A stretch of DNA of 39,464 nucleotides from Deinococcales bacterium (GTDB taxonomy: Bacteria > Deinococcota > Deinococci > Deinococcales > JAAFIG01). Made by a program: the position numbers and the translations under genes. This document shows, piece by piece, positions 1 to 8,633 of this stretch. The stretch spans positions 1 to 39,464 of the forward strand of contig JAYWGM010000020.1 in NCBI GenBank assembly GCA_043778225.1, in the 5' to 3' direction. A model generated the notes under the pieces. That model saw only the letters and a program-made list of their open reading frames with translations, was not told the DNA's origin and did not search any database. The stretch's first letter is position 1. The number at the start of each line of letters is the position of its first letter.

Positions 1-121
1 TCCGCAAAAAACGCGGATTGCTTCGTACCTGTCAAAGACGGTATTTGTTGATACTCCTTTTAGTCGGGAAGTTCTACGAACTTCCTCAATTTGGTATTAG
101 ATTCCTTAGCCACCTCGAGAA

Positions 122-1150
122 TCAGCGCAAGAGCAGGGCTTCTTTTAATTCTGTCACCCGTAATTCGCGGCTATCGGGTGGCATAATCGCTTCGGGTTTG
201 ACCAATCCAAGCTCGAGCTTGAGCATTTCTGGGGCAAATAAAAATCCAGTCATCATCGAGAATCGCAAACCGCCAGATGGACGGGCGTTAATCTCGAGAA
301 TACAGGGTAAACCGTTTTTATCTTCTTTGAATTGAATGTTGTAAATCCCGTTGAGGTCGTAATGCTGCGTCAGTTCGGAACAAATTTGGTGTAGTTGGGG
401 GCGAGCAAGCGAACCACAGACCACTTGGACATTGCCAAGTCCGCCAACTTTTTGTCGAACCACAGCACCGACCAAATTTCCCCGAAAAGCCAAGCAATCG
501 ACGCTGTATTCTGCGCCCGGTAAAAATTCCATCACCAGCATCGGCGGGAATTTTTTGGCATTGGCAAAAACGTGTTCGGCTTGGGTATACGACATTCGGT
601 GCGTATCACCGCGTAAAAAATCGGCAATGTTTTCTTGTTTGGTCAGCAAGCGAAAACCATAGCCATAAATACCAACGGCTGGTTTGATGCAGACCAAATG
701 CCCGCAAGCTCGTAATTGCGCGGCGGCTGCCTCGAGTTCTGACCACGAATGCACCACGATTGTTTGGGCAACTCGAGCCACGAGTGCGGGCAAGGCTACC
801 GAGAAGGCAGCTTTATCCTCGAGATGATCAAGGGTGGCTTTATTGGCAACCTGTAGCACTTTTGTACCGATTTGGGCAAAGCGCGATTGATGGCTGGCAC
901 ATAAAGCCGCCTCTTTACTCGGCACAAATAAATCAATTTGTTTGTCGCTACAAATTTTAAGCGCATACTCGAGATACGCCGCCCCGACCAGACCGGCTGG
1001 CTCGAGAAAATGCTGCCAATCGCCGTACAGCATCGGGCTGTCGGAAGACGTGTGCGATGCAAAAACAGTGGCATGGGGCAGAAGGGCTTGGAGTGAATGG
1101 GTGGTGGGTGAAAAATTTTTGTTGTACCAGATTTTTAAGTCTCGAGCCAC
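122..1150 (-). CDS. ATP-grasp fold protein (Ter-cluster-associated carboxylate-amine ligase)
   Basis: ATP-grasp motifs CIKPAVGIYGYGF, MEFLPGAEYSVD and LEINARPSGG; directly downstream of two TerD genes (2-nt gap). Confidence 0.8.
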   Translation of the reverse strand: MARDLKIWYNKNFSPTTHSLQALLPHATVFASHTSSDSPMLYGDWQHFLEPAGLVGAAYLEYALKICSDKQIDLFVPSKEAALCASHQSRFAQIGTKVLQVANKATLDHLEDKAAFSVALPALVARVAQTIVVHSWSELEAAAAQLRACGHLVCIKPAVGIYGYGFRLLTKQENIADFLRGDTHRMSYTQAEHVFANAKKFPPMLVMEFLPGAEYSVDCLAFRGNLVGAVVRQKVGGLGNVQVVCGSLARPQLHQICSELTQHYDLNGIYNIQFKEDKNGLPCILEINARPSGGLRFSMMTGFLFAPEMLKLELGLVKPEAIMPPDSRELRVTELKEALLLR

Positions 1151-1152
1151 AG

Positions 1153-1734
1153 TTAGAGTAACCCACGGGCTGCCGTCACCAAGTCTTGGGCGGTGGTCGA
1201 GCGGGTGTTATGCCCAATGGCATGGAGTTGCCAATCTGAGCCAGAGCGCGATAACTTGACCATAATTTGTCCAGTGTGGCTGCCTTGGGAAGACAAATTA
1301 AAACGGGCGACTTCTTTTTTCGCGTCGTCCAGAAGCCGACAAAAAGCATTTTCGACTTTATCAAAGGTTTGTCCACGGTATGAAGAAACCGTAAAGACCA
1401 AGTGTGCCACTTGTGGCGGAACTCGAGTTAAATCTACGCTAATCACTTCGTCGTCGCCGTCGCCAGCCCCAGTTAAATTATCACCCATGTGTTGCACCGA
1501 ACCGTCTTTGGATTTGAGTTGTCCAAAAAAAATCGTGTCCACAGATTCGCCACCCACGCCAAACATCAAACACGAGGCATCGAGGTCAATGCTGTTGTTA
1601 CCGCCCGAAAAAGCCGCAAATAAACCCTTGGGTTTTGCCACATCCCAACCTAAGCCCATTTGGACTTTGGTTAAAGAACGTCCAGCAGTTTTTTCTAAAC
1701 TGATTGCCTGCCCTTTGGTTAATGAAATTGCCAT
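1153..1734 (-). CDS. TerD-family stress protein (TerZ/TerD-like)
   Basis: MAISLTKGQ...MGLGWD...IDLDAS...HMGDNLTGAGDGDDE; start moved to ATG 1734, which follows GGAGG. Confidence 0.9.
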   Translation of the reverse strand: MAISLTKGQAISLEKTAGRSLTKVQMGLGWDVAKPKGLFAAFSGGNNSIDLDASCLMFGVGGESVDTIFFGQLKSKDGSVQHMGDNLTGAGDGDDEVISVDLTRVPPQVAHLVFTVSSYRGQTFDKVENAFCRLLDDAKKEVARFNLSSQGSHTGQIMVKLSRSGSDWQLHAIGHNTRSTTAQDLVTAARGLL

Positions 1735-1774
1735 AAAGACCTCCAGTGGGGATGGGTTGCCCATCCCCTATGCT

Positions 1775-2350
1775 TTAGACGTTTACGCCATACGAAGCCA
1801 CCAAGGCTTTGAAACCTTCGTTAAAGCCTTGTCCAATGGCTTTGAATTTCCATTCGCCATTGTTGCGGTAAATCTCGCCAAAGACCATGGCGGTCACGGT
1901 CGAGCCATCTTCGGACAAATCGAATCTCGAGATTTCTGCGCCACCTGTTTCGTTGACCACCCGAATATAGGCTTTTTCGACTTGCCCAAAGGTTTGTCCT
2001 TTGGTTTCGCCGTCAAAAATCACCACGGCGGCAATCACTTTTTCGACATCAGCCGCTAAGTTAGCAAGGTCGATAACAATGCTTTCGTCGTCGCCTTCGC
2101 CTTCGCCCGAACGGTTATCGCCGGCGTGTTGGACTGTGCCATCTGCCGAAGTTTTATTATTAAAGAAAATAAAATCGGCATCGCTGCGAACCTTGCCACT
2201 GGCGGTGACCATAAATGCCAATGCGTCCAAGTCAAACCCTGCGCCGTCGGTTTTACGAACGTCCCAACCGAGACCAAGTTTAATTTTGGTCAGACCGGGT
2301 GCTTCTTTGCTCAAATTCACGTTACCGCCCTTGGTGAGTACAACTGCCAT
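1775..2350 (-). CDS. terD: TerD-family stress protein
   Basis: LTKGGNVNLSKEAPGL, GLGWD, FDLDA, HAGDNRSGEGEGDDE, GEIYRNNGEWKFKAIGQG; GGAGG RBS. Confidence 0.92.
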   Translation of the reverse strand: MAVVLTKGGNVNLSKEAPGLTKIKLGLGWDVRKTDGAGFDLDALAFMVTASGKVRSDADFIFFNNKTSADGTVQHAGDNRSGEGEGDDESIVIDLANLAADVEKVIAAVVIFDGETKGQTFGQVEKAYIRVVNETGGAEISRFDLSEDGSTVTAMVFGEIYRNNGEWKFKAIGQGFNEGFKALVASYGVNV

Positions 2351-2494
2351 AAGAACCTCCGAAAAAAAACTTAAAATTTAATTGCCTCTCGAGGCAACCA
2401 AGAACATCATACGAGAGAATGTCAGATTTTGTTCCAAGTGGCTTAGGTTGTCTGCTGGTATCTTGCTCGGTCTCGAGCTTGATAAGTGGCTCAT

Positions 2495-2511
2495 TTATGT
2501 TATTTGCATAA
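2495..2511. promoter_or_regulatory. RDRM-like (DdrO operator) 17-bp palindrome upstream of gyrA
   Basis: TTATGTTATTTGCATAA (TTATG-N7-CATAA) overlaps a candidate -35 TTGCAT (2504-2509), with -10 TATCAT at 2528-2533; gyrA is an established RDR-regulon gene in Deinococcus. Confidence 0.75.
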
Positions 2512-2555
2512 CGTATCGTTTTTATGTTATCATTATGGGCTTATGGAGGTTTCAC

Positions 2556-4982
2556 TTGTCAGAAGTTATCCCCGTTAATATCACCGATGAAGTCAAAGAT
2601 TCATTTTTGACTTACGCCATGTCCACGATTGTCGAACGTGCCTTGCCCGATGTGCGCGATGGCTTAAAGCCAGTTCAGAGGCGCATTTTGTACGCCATGC
2701 ACTCGGACTTAAATCTGCTCTCGACCCGCAAGCACTCAAAAAGCGCTGGTGTGGTCGGCGAAGTGATCAAAAAATACCACCCTCACGGCGATATGCCAAT
2801 TTACGAAGCGATGGTGCGCCTTGCCCAGTGGTGGAATTTACGCTATATGCTGGTGGACGGTCAGGGCAATTTTGGTTCGCTGGATGGCGACCCTGCCGCC
2901 GCCTACCGTTACACCGAAGCCCGTTTGACCAAAGCCGCCGAAACCATGCTCGAGGACATCGAAAAAGAAACCGTTTCTTTTCGCCCAAATTTTGATGAGT
3001 CACACCAAGAACCAACTGTTTTACCCGCCGCGTTTCCGTATATGTTGGTCAACGGTGCGGTTGGTATTGCGGTCGGTATGGCGACCAATATCCCGCCGCA
3101 CAACCTGACCGAAATCTGCAATGGATTGCTGGCAATTATCGCTAAGCCCGAAATTGAACTCGATGAACTGATGACCTATGTGACCGGTCCGGATTTTCCA
3201 ACCGGCGGACGACTCGGTAAAAAAGGCATCCGCGAAGCCTATGCGACCGGTCAAGGCAGCATTCGTTTACGTGGTAAAGCCCGAATCGAAGAAGTCAAAG
3301 GGCGCAGCCAGATTGTGATTACCGAAATTCCCTACCAAGTCAACAAAGAAAACTTTATCAAGACCATCAGCGCTTGTTATAAAGAAGGTAAAATTCCAGA
3401 CATCAGCGCCCTGCGCGATGAATCTGACCGCAAAGACCCGGTGCGAATTGTTCTCGAGCTCAAGCGTGGCACACTGCCCGATTTGGTCTTAAACCAGTTG
3501 TACAAGCACACCCAACTGCAAACCAGCTTTAACATTATTAACTTAGCGATTGTCAATGGTGCGCCTAAAGTGCTGCCGATTAAAGCCGCGATGGTGCATT
3601 ACCTTGACCACCGCAAAGTCGTGGTCACCAAGCGCACCGAGTACGACTTACGAAAAGCTCGAGCCAGAACCCATATTCTCGAGGGGCTGCTGGTGGCTTT
3701 GGACAACATTGACGAAGTGATTCGTCTGATTCGGGCTGCCCAGAGCGGCGCAGAGGCTCGAGATGCGCTGATGGTGCGTTTTGCGCTGTCCGAGCCGCAA
3801 TCGCAAGCCATTCTTGATATGCGCCTACAGACCTTGACGGGTTTATCTCGAGACCGCCTCAACGAAGAGTACCGCGAACTCCTGACCACAATTGGATTTT
3901 TAGAAGGGATTCTGGGCGACACAACCATTTTGTGGAACGAGATTATCAAAGAAATTACCAATCTGCGCGATAAATTTGGCGACGAACGCCGCACCATGAT
4001 TGCCGATTTATCCGAAGACATCACCAAAGAAGATTTAATTGCGGTCGAAGACATGGTGATTACCGTCACCAAGGGCGGCTACATGAAGCGCACGGCGCTC
4101 GAGGCATATCGTGTCCAAGCTCGGGCTGGGCGTGGCGCAAACTCGGGCAAACTGCGCGACGAAGACCTCAACACCAATTTGTTGGTTGGCAGCACCCACG
4201 ATTACTTGCTGTTTTTTACCGACAAGGGCAGAGTTTTCCGCGAAAAAATCTTTGATATTCCCGAAGCCGGACGCGATGCCAAAGGCGCTCATTTACGCAA
4301 CATTCTGCCTTTGCGCGACGACGAAAGCGTGGCTGGAATTTTAGACCTCAAAGACTTTAATGTGGCTGGCTCGTTGATTTTTTGCACCAAGCAAGGGATT
4401 ATCAAAAAGACCGAAATTGCTGACTACATCAACATTACTGCCGCAGGGCTGATTGCGATTAACCTACTCGAGAACGACCATTTAATCGAAGTCGCAGTCG
4501 TCAAACCGACCGAACAAGTCGTGCTGGCAACCCTAGACGGGCAAAGCATTCGTTTTAGCGAAGATGATGTTCGCGCCACTGGTCGCGCCACCCAAGGCGT
4601 GATTGGCATTCGCCTCAAGAAAGATGATGTTGTGGTCTCGATGAGCATTGTTCAACCCGACGACACTGGCGAATTATTGGCAGTTTCGGAAAATGGCTAC
4701 GGCAAACGCACCCCGATTTCTGAGTATCCACTTCAAGGACGTGGCGGACAAGGTGTGATTACCTTAAAAGTGACCGATAAAACTGGCAATCTGGTTTCGC
4801 TTGAGCGGGTTGGCGGCGACGAAGAACTGATGGTTCTGAGTGCCAATGGTGTGGCGATTCGCACCAGAGTCGAAGAAGTCTCGAGCTACGGGCGAAGCAG
4901 TCAAGGGGTCAAAGTGATGCGAATTGAAGACAAGGATAAAGTCATTCGTGCCTTTGCAATTCGCCAAGAGGAAACGTTATAA
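2556..4982 (+). CDS. gyrA: DNA gyrase subunit A
   Basis: [22 protein letters not shown], catalytic-Tyr region [10 protein letters not shown], GyrA-box-like QARAGRG and C-terminal pinwheel repeats; TTG start at 2556 after GGAGG. Confidence 0.97.
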   Translation: MSEVIPVNITDEVKDSFLTYAMSTIVERALPDVRDGLKPVQRRILYAMHSDLNLLSTRKHSKSAGVVGEVIKKYHPHGDMPIYEAMVRLAQWWNLRYMLVDGQGNFGSLDGDPAAAYRYTEARLTKAAETMLEDIEKETVSFRPNFDESHQEPTVLPAAFPYMLVNGAVGIAVGMATNIPPHNLTEICNGLLAIIAKPEIELDELMTYVTGPDFPTGGRLGKKGIREAYATGQGSIRLRGKARIEEVKGRSQIVITEIPYQVNKENFIKTISACYKEGKIPDISALRDESDRKDPVRIVLELKRGTLPDLVLNQLYKHTQLQTSFNIINLAIVNGAPKVLPIKAAMVHYLDHRKVVVTKRTEYDLRKARARTHILEGLLVALDNIDEVIRLIRAAQSGAEARDALMVRFALSEPQSQAILDMRLQTLTGLSRDRLNEEYRELLTTIGFLEGILGDTTILWNEIIKEITNLRDKFGDERRTMIADLSEDITKEDLIAVEDMVITVTKGGYMKRTALEAYRVQARAGRGANSGKLRDEDLNTNLLVGSTHDYLLFFTDKGRVFREKIFDIPEAGRDAKGAHLRNILPLRDDESVAGILDLKDFNVAGSLIFCTKQGIIKKTEIADYINITAAGLIAINLLENDHLIEVAVVKPTEQVVLATLDGQSIRFSEDDVRATGRATQGVIGIRLKKDDVVVSMSIVQPDDTGELLAVSENGYGKRTPISEYPLQGRGGQGVITLKVTDKTGNLVSLERVGGDEELMVLSANGVAIRTRVEEVSSYGRSSQGVKVMRIEDKDKVIRAFAIRQEETL

Positions 4983-5171
4983 AATTCACACTTTAGATTT
5001 CTCGAGCATCTTTGTGGCACGCAAAAGTATTACTTCTCACCGCAACTCGAGGATAATTCTCATCAAGCTGGACTAACTTAGTAAACGAAGGCGCAGCCAA
5101 CAGCGAACGCCTCCATACATCCCTCCCCCAGCCCCCGAAAGGGGGCGCAATTTTTGGCTGATTCTCGAGAT

Positions 5172-5218
5172 ACAGCCCAATCTTTGAGATGGTGACACAG
5201 CCCAATCTTTGAGATGGT
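5172..5218. repeat. 22-bp direct repeat, period 25
   Basis: ACAGCCCAATCTTTGAGATGGT at 5172-5193 and 5197-5218. Confidence 0.9.
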
Positions 5219-5279
5219 AAAGGGCTGACATAAAAGCGTTATACTCTACACTGAGCTTCAAAATTCAGGAGGAAACATT

Positions 5280-5996
5280 ATGTGGCCATTTGGTAAAAGT
5301 GCAACCGACAGCATCAAAGATGAAATGAAGAAATTCCCGTTCTTGGCAAATCAATCTATCACCTTCACCGAACGCGGAGGCTCGGTCTATTGGAATGGAG
5401 TCGTGGCAAATGATGCCATGAAAACGCTGCTTTCTAAGTTGCCAATTGGTATCAATGGTATTAAAACGGTAGACGTGAGTAATGTCACGGTGCTTGCCGC
5501 CGCCGAAGCCAGTGCCAGTGCCATCGAAAGCGTTGACGAAGCCACCATTCAAGAAGCGATTGACCGTAATGCCTTGGCTAAAAATGTCTTTGCTGCTTTC
5601 CAAGCCGACCCAGAACTGAACAACAACCCGATTGCTGTCTTGCAAAGCGGCGATGGTGTGGTGCTGCGTGGTGCTGTGGATTCACAACACGAATTTAACT
5701 TGGCAGTCAAACTTGCCCAAGAAAACGGTGCAAACCGCGTCATGTCCGATGAACTCGAGATTGTGGACAATGCCAAAGCCAAAGCTGCCGAATCTGCCAA
5801 AGCCGAAGAAGCCAAAAAACCAGCCTATGTCAACTTGCCAGACGAATACCATATCGTCAAACCGGGCGATACCTTGAGCGCCATTTCGCAAAAATACTTT
5901 GGCGATACCGACCACATTGATGACATTGCCAAAGCCAGTGGGGTCAGCAACCCAGATTTGATTAAAGTTGGGCAAAAACTGCAAATCCCACGCTAA
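5280..5996 (+). CDS. BON + LysM domain protein (YgaU/Kbp-like)
   Basis: BON-like VVLRGAVDS segment; C-terminal LysM YHIVKPGDTLSAIS...NPDLIKVGQKLQIP; AGGAGG RBS. Confidence 0.88.
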   Translation: MWPFGKSATDSIKDEMKKFPFLANQSITFTERGGSVYWNGVVANDAMKTLLSKLPIGINGIKTVDVSNVTVLAAAEASASAIESVDEATIQEAIDRNALAKNVFAAFQADPELNNNPIAVLQSGDGVVLRGAVDSQHEFNLAVKLAQENGANRVMSDELEIVDNAKAKAAESAKAEEAKKPAYVNLPDEYHIVKPGDTLSAISQKYFGDTDHIDDIAKASGVSNPDLIKVGQKLQIPR

Positions 5997-6006
5997 GAGC
6001 TAAGTT

Positions 6007-6050
6007 AAAAAGGGTAAAAGGTGAAAGGGTTAAAAGGCTTTCACCTTTTT
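6007..6050 (+). terminator. Hairpin made of AAAGG(T/G) repeat units; probable terminator
   Basis: AAAAGGTGAAAG (6016-6027) pairs with CTTTCACCTTTT (6038-6049), followed by a T-rich tract. Confidence 0.6.
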
Positions 6051-6066
6051 GTTTTAGTCTGCGCTT

Positions 6067-6657
6067 ATGGATATTTTTGCTCGAGTATTAGCCTTGGTTG
6101 CTTGTTATTTGATTGCGGCGGTCAGTCTTTCGGTGCTGTATTCAAAATCTCGAGGAGAAGACATTCGCAGTAATGATTTTGCTGGAGCAAGCGGCATGGT
6201 GCGGCGTTATGGCTGGAAAGTCGGGCTTAGTATTGCGGTTGCCGATGTGGTCAAAGGCTTTTTAGCCGCCTTGCCACTGTATTTTTTGGCTCGAGATTGG
6301 CTTTGGCTTGCCCCAGCCATGGTTGCCCTTGGGCATTGTTACCCGATTTGGCACGGTTGGGTTGGTGGACAAGGCGTTGCTCCTGCGACGGGCGCATTGT
6401 ACGGCGTAGACCCTCTGATTGGTGCAGTAGCGATGTTCGGTGGTTTAGGGCTGATGGGGCTTCATCGGGTTTTGAAACTTAAACCACTGGTGCGGCTTGG
6501 CAGTGTGCCATTTTCGGCGGTTCTAACGCTGTTGATACTTTTGGTTCTGGCATACTCGAGATACGGTCTTGCAGGGGTGAGCGGCATCGGGCTGTTGATT
6601 ATGGTCATGGGTATTCGGGGCTTGCAAGTGCTGCGTTCACCGCCACCGGGCGCATAA
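6067..6657 (+). CDS. plsY: Glycerol-3-phosphate acyltransferase PlsY
   Basis: Membrane protein with DIR...GA, DVVKG and LGHCYPIW..W.GGQGVA motifs. Confidence 0.8.
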   Translation: MDIFARVLALVACYLIAAVSLSVLYSKSRGEDIRSNDFAGASGMVRRYGWKVGLSIAVADVVKGFLAALPLYFLARDWLWLAPAMVALGHCYPIWHGWVGGQGVAPATGALYGVDPLIGAVAMFGGLGLMGLHRVLKLKPLVRLGSVPFSAVLTLLILLVLAYSRYGLAGVSGIGLLIMVMGIRGLQVLRSPPPGA

Positions 6658-6693
6658 CAGGTCTTGCCACCGGGCGCATAACAGGTCTTGCCA
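6642..6693. repeat. 24-bp tandem duplication spanning the plsY stop codon
   Basis: GCCACCGGGCGCATAACAGGTCTT twice (6642-6665, 6666-6689) plus GCCA. Confidence 0.9.
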
Positions 6694-6694
6694 A

Positions 6695-7555
6695 TCAACG
6701 GGTATTGCGTGGGTCAAGTGCGTCGCGCAGACCATCGCCGACCAAGTTAAACGCCAGCACCGCCAGCAAAATCGCAATCGCTGGGGCAGAACTTGCCCAA
6801 GGGGCTTCGGAAATAAAGTTGCGCGTTTCCGAGACCATCGCGCCCCATTCTGGAGTTGGTGGCTGCGCTCCAAAGCCAATAAAAGACAACCCTGCGGCGG
6901 TTAGAATGGCTTGCCCAACGTCAAAACTGGCTTGGATAAGCACAGGTGTTAAAGTATTTGGAAACACATGACGTAAGGCAATGCTGATTTGGCTTGTGCC
7001 GATGGCTCGAGCCGCCTCAACAAATTCGCGTTCGCGCAGTGCCAAGGCTTGAGCGCGTACTAGACGTGCATAACTGGGCCAACTGACAATTGCTACGGCA
7101 ATAATCGTATTGGTTAAACTCGGACCAAGGGCAGCCGCAATTGCCATGGCTAGAATTAAACTAGGAAAAGCAAAGAAAATATCGGTAATTCGCATTAAAA
7201 TGTTATCCCAGATGCCACCAAATGTACCTGCTAAAAGCCCCACCAGCACTCCAAGAGTCACAGCAATAGCCGTGACGATAAAACCAACTTGCAACGATAA
7301 CGACGCACCGTGCGCCACACGCCCCCAAACGCTGCGCCCAAGTTGGTCTGTGCCCAGTAAATGTTGGCTCGAGGGTGGCTGAAGGCGCTGCGCCAAATCT
7401 TGGAGAATCGGGTCTGGCGAAATAACCCGTGCAAACAGCGCAATCAAAACCAGCAAAACCAGCAATACCATACCGATGATTGAAGCTGGATTGCGCCAAA
7501 AGCGTTTTGAGGCTTTGGAGGCTTGTTTCTTTGGGGCTTGAGCAGCACTAAGCAT
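6695..7555 (-). CDS. Peptide ABC transporter permease (DppC/OppC family)
   Basis: HLLGTDQLGR, EAA motif REFVEAARAIG, LSFIGFGAQPPTPEWG, GDGLRDALDP. Confidence 0.93.
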   Translation of the reverse strand: MLSAAQAPKKQASKASKRFWRNPASIIGMVLLVLLVLIALFARVISPDPILQDLAQRLQPPSSQHLLGTDQLGRSVWGRVAHGASLSLQVGFIVTAIAVTLGVLVGLLAGTFGGIWDNILMRITDIFFAFPSLILAMAIAAALGPSLTNTIIAVAIVSWPSYARLVRAQALALREREFVEAARAIGTSQISIALRHVFPNTLTPVLIQASFDVGQAILTAAGLSFIGFGAQPPTPEWGAMVSETRNFISEAPWASSAPAIAILLAVLAFNLVGDGLRDALDPRNTR

Positions 7556-7592
7556 ACATAATCCTTGCTGTGTTAAGCATACATAATCCTTG
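7549..7592. repeat. 19-bp direct repeat (period 25) at the permease-permease junction
   Basis: TAAGCATACATAATCCTTG at 7549-7567 and 7574-7592. Confidence 0.9.
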
Positions 7593-8580
7593 GGTCAAAC
7601 AGCGCATAGAGTAAATCTGTCACCAAATTGATAATCGAATAGGCAATCCCAGCCAATAAAGTCACACCCATCACCGCCGGAAAATCAAGGCTGATGGCGG
7701 CATCGGTGGTGTAGCGCCCGACACCAGGCCAAGAAAAAATCGTCTCGGTCAGCACCGCCCCCGATAACAGCCCACCCAGCACCCCGCCCAACACCGTCAG
7801 AACGGGCAAAAAAGCGTTTCGCAAGGCGTGTTTGACCACCACTCGAGACTGGGCAATGCCTTTGGCTCTGGCGGTGCGAATATAATCTTGGCTCATGGTC
7901 TCGAGCATTGCGGCGCGGGTCATACGCGCCAGCAGCGCCGAGCTAAACGCCCCAAGCACAAACGCGGGCAAAATTAGGTGCATGAGGCTATCGCCAAAAA
8001 CCTGCCAATCGCCAGCGATAATCGAGTCTAGACCGACAAACCCCGTGACTCGAGGCGGCGCAATCAAATAAGCATCTAAGCGCCCGGGTCCGGGCAGCAG
8101 ACGCAATTTATTGTGCAGGAATTCCAGTAGCAAAATTGCCAGCCAATAAATCGGGGTTGCTCCACCCAGCAGCGCCAACAAGCGCACGATTAAATCAGGG
8201 GCTTTATTTTGGTTCAACGCCGCCAGTACCCCGGCTGGAATACCAATCAGCGCAGCAATCAAGAGGGCTGCCCCAGCCAACTCGAGTGTGCCGGGAAAAA
8301 AATCGCGCAGGTCATCGCTAATCGGGCGACCTGTTCGCAGGCTCGTCCCAAGGTCGCCTTGCAATAACCGCCCAAGATAACTAAAGTATTGGGTCACCAC
8401 AGGTTGGTCTAAGCCATTTTTGACCCGAAAAATCGCAATCATTTCGTCGGTGGCTTTATCGCCAAGAGCAGCCAAAGCTGGGTCGCCGGGGACGACTTGT
8501 GAGATAAAAAAAGTGGCAAGCGACACGCCCCAAACCACAAACAGCACAAAAAATAATCTTCGGATAATATAGTTCAGCAT
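7573..8580 (-). CDS. Peptide ABC transporter permease (DppB/OppB family)
   Basis: MLNYIIRRL, PGDPA, GDLGTS, DYIRTARAKG, ETIFSWPGVG; start set at ATG 8580. Confidence 0.93.
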   Translation of the reverse strand: MLNYIIRRLFFVLFVVWGVSLATFFISQVVPGDPALAALGDKATDEMIAIFRVKNGLDQPVVTQYFSYLGRLLQGDLGTSLRTGRPISDDLRDFFPGTLELAGAALLIAALIGIPAGVLAALNQNKAPDLIVRLLALLGGATPIYWLAILLLEFLHNKLRLLPGPGRLDAYLIAPPRVTGFVGLDSIIAGDWQVFGDSLMHLILPAFVLGAFSSALLARMTRAAMLETMSQDYIRTARAKGIAQSRVVVKHALRNAFLPVLTVLGGVLGGLLSGAVLTETIFSWPGVGRYTTDAAISLDFPAVMGVTLLAGIAYSIINLVTDLLYALFDPRIMYA

Positions 8581-8592
8581 TTTTCTCTTATG

Positions 8593-8625
8593 ACGCGAGG
8601 AGCGCATGGTCTGCGCTCCTCGCGT
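8593..8625. other. Strong intergenic hairpin between the binding-protein gene and the permease gene
   Basis: ACGCGAGGAGCGCA / TGCGCTCCTCGCGT, perfect 14-bp arms; probably stabilises or attenuates the mRNA. Confidence 0.65.
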
Positions 8626-8633
8626 GGGCAAAT

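Noticed and set aside
15..113. Short minus-strand ORF (MAKESNTKLRKFVELPD) and a CGTC-REP-like segment (GGATTGCTTCGTACCTGTCAAAGACGG)
   Set aside because: 17 codons with no support; the repeat-like segment is single-copy here and near the window edge.
1193..2059. 288-aa plus-strand ORF and the many other antisense/shadow ORFs in the track
   Set aside because: They overlap well-supported genes on the opposite strand or in another frame and have no recognisable motifs.
2382..2555. N-terminal extension of GyrA (and the longer ORF-track starts for dppB, SBP, VOC, SpoVS, SCP2, S20, DUF5682, PNP, BamA)
   Set aside because: The extensions run through promoter or repeat DNA; SD or -10 elements support the downstream starts.
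5172..7592. Short direct repeats as a CRISPR array
   Set aside because: Only two copies each, different sequences, 0-6 nt between copies, no cas genes.
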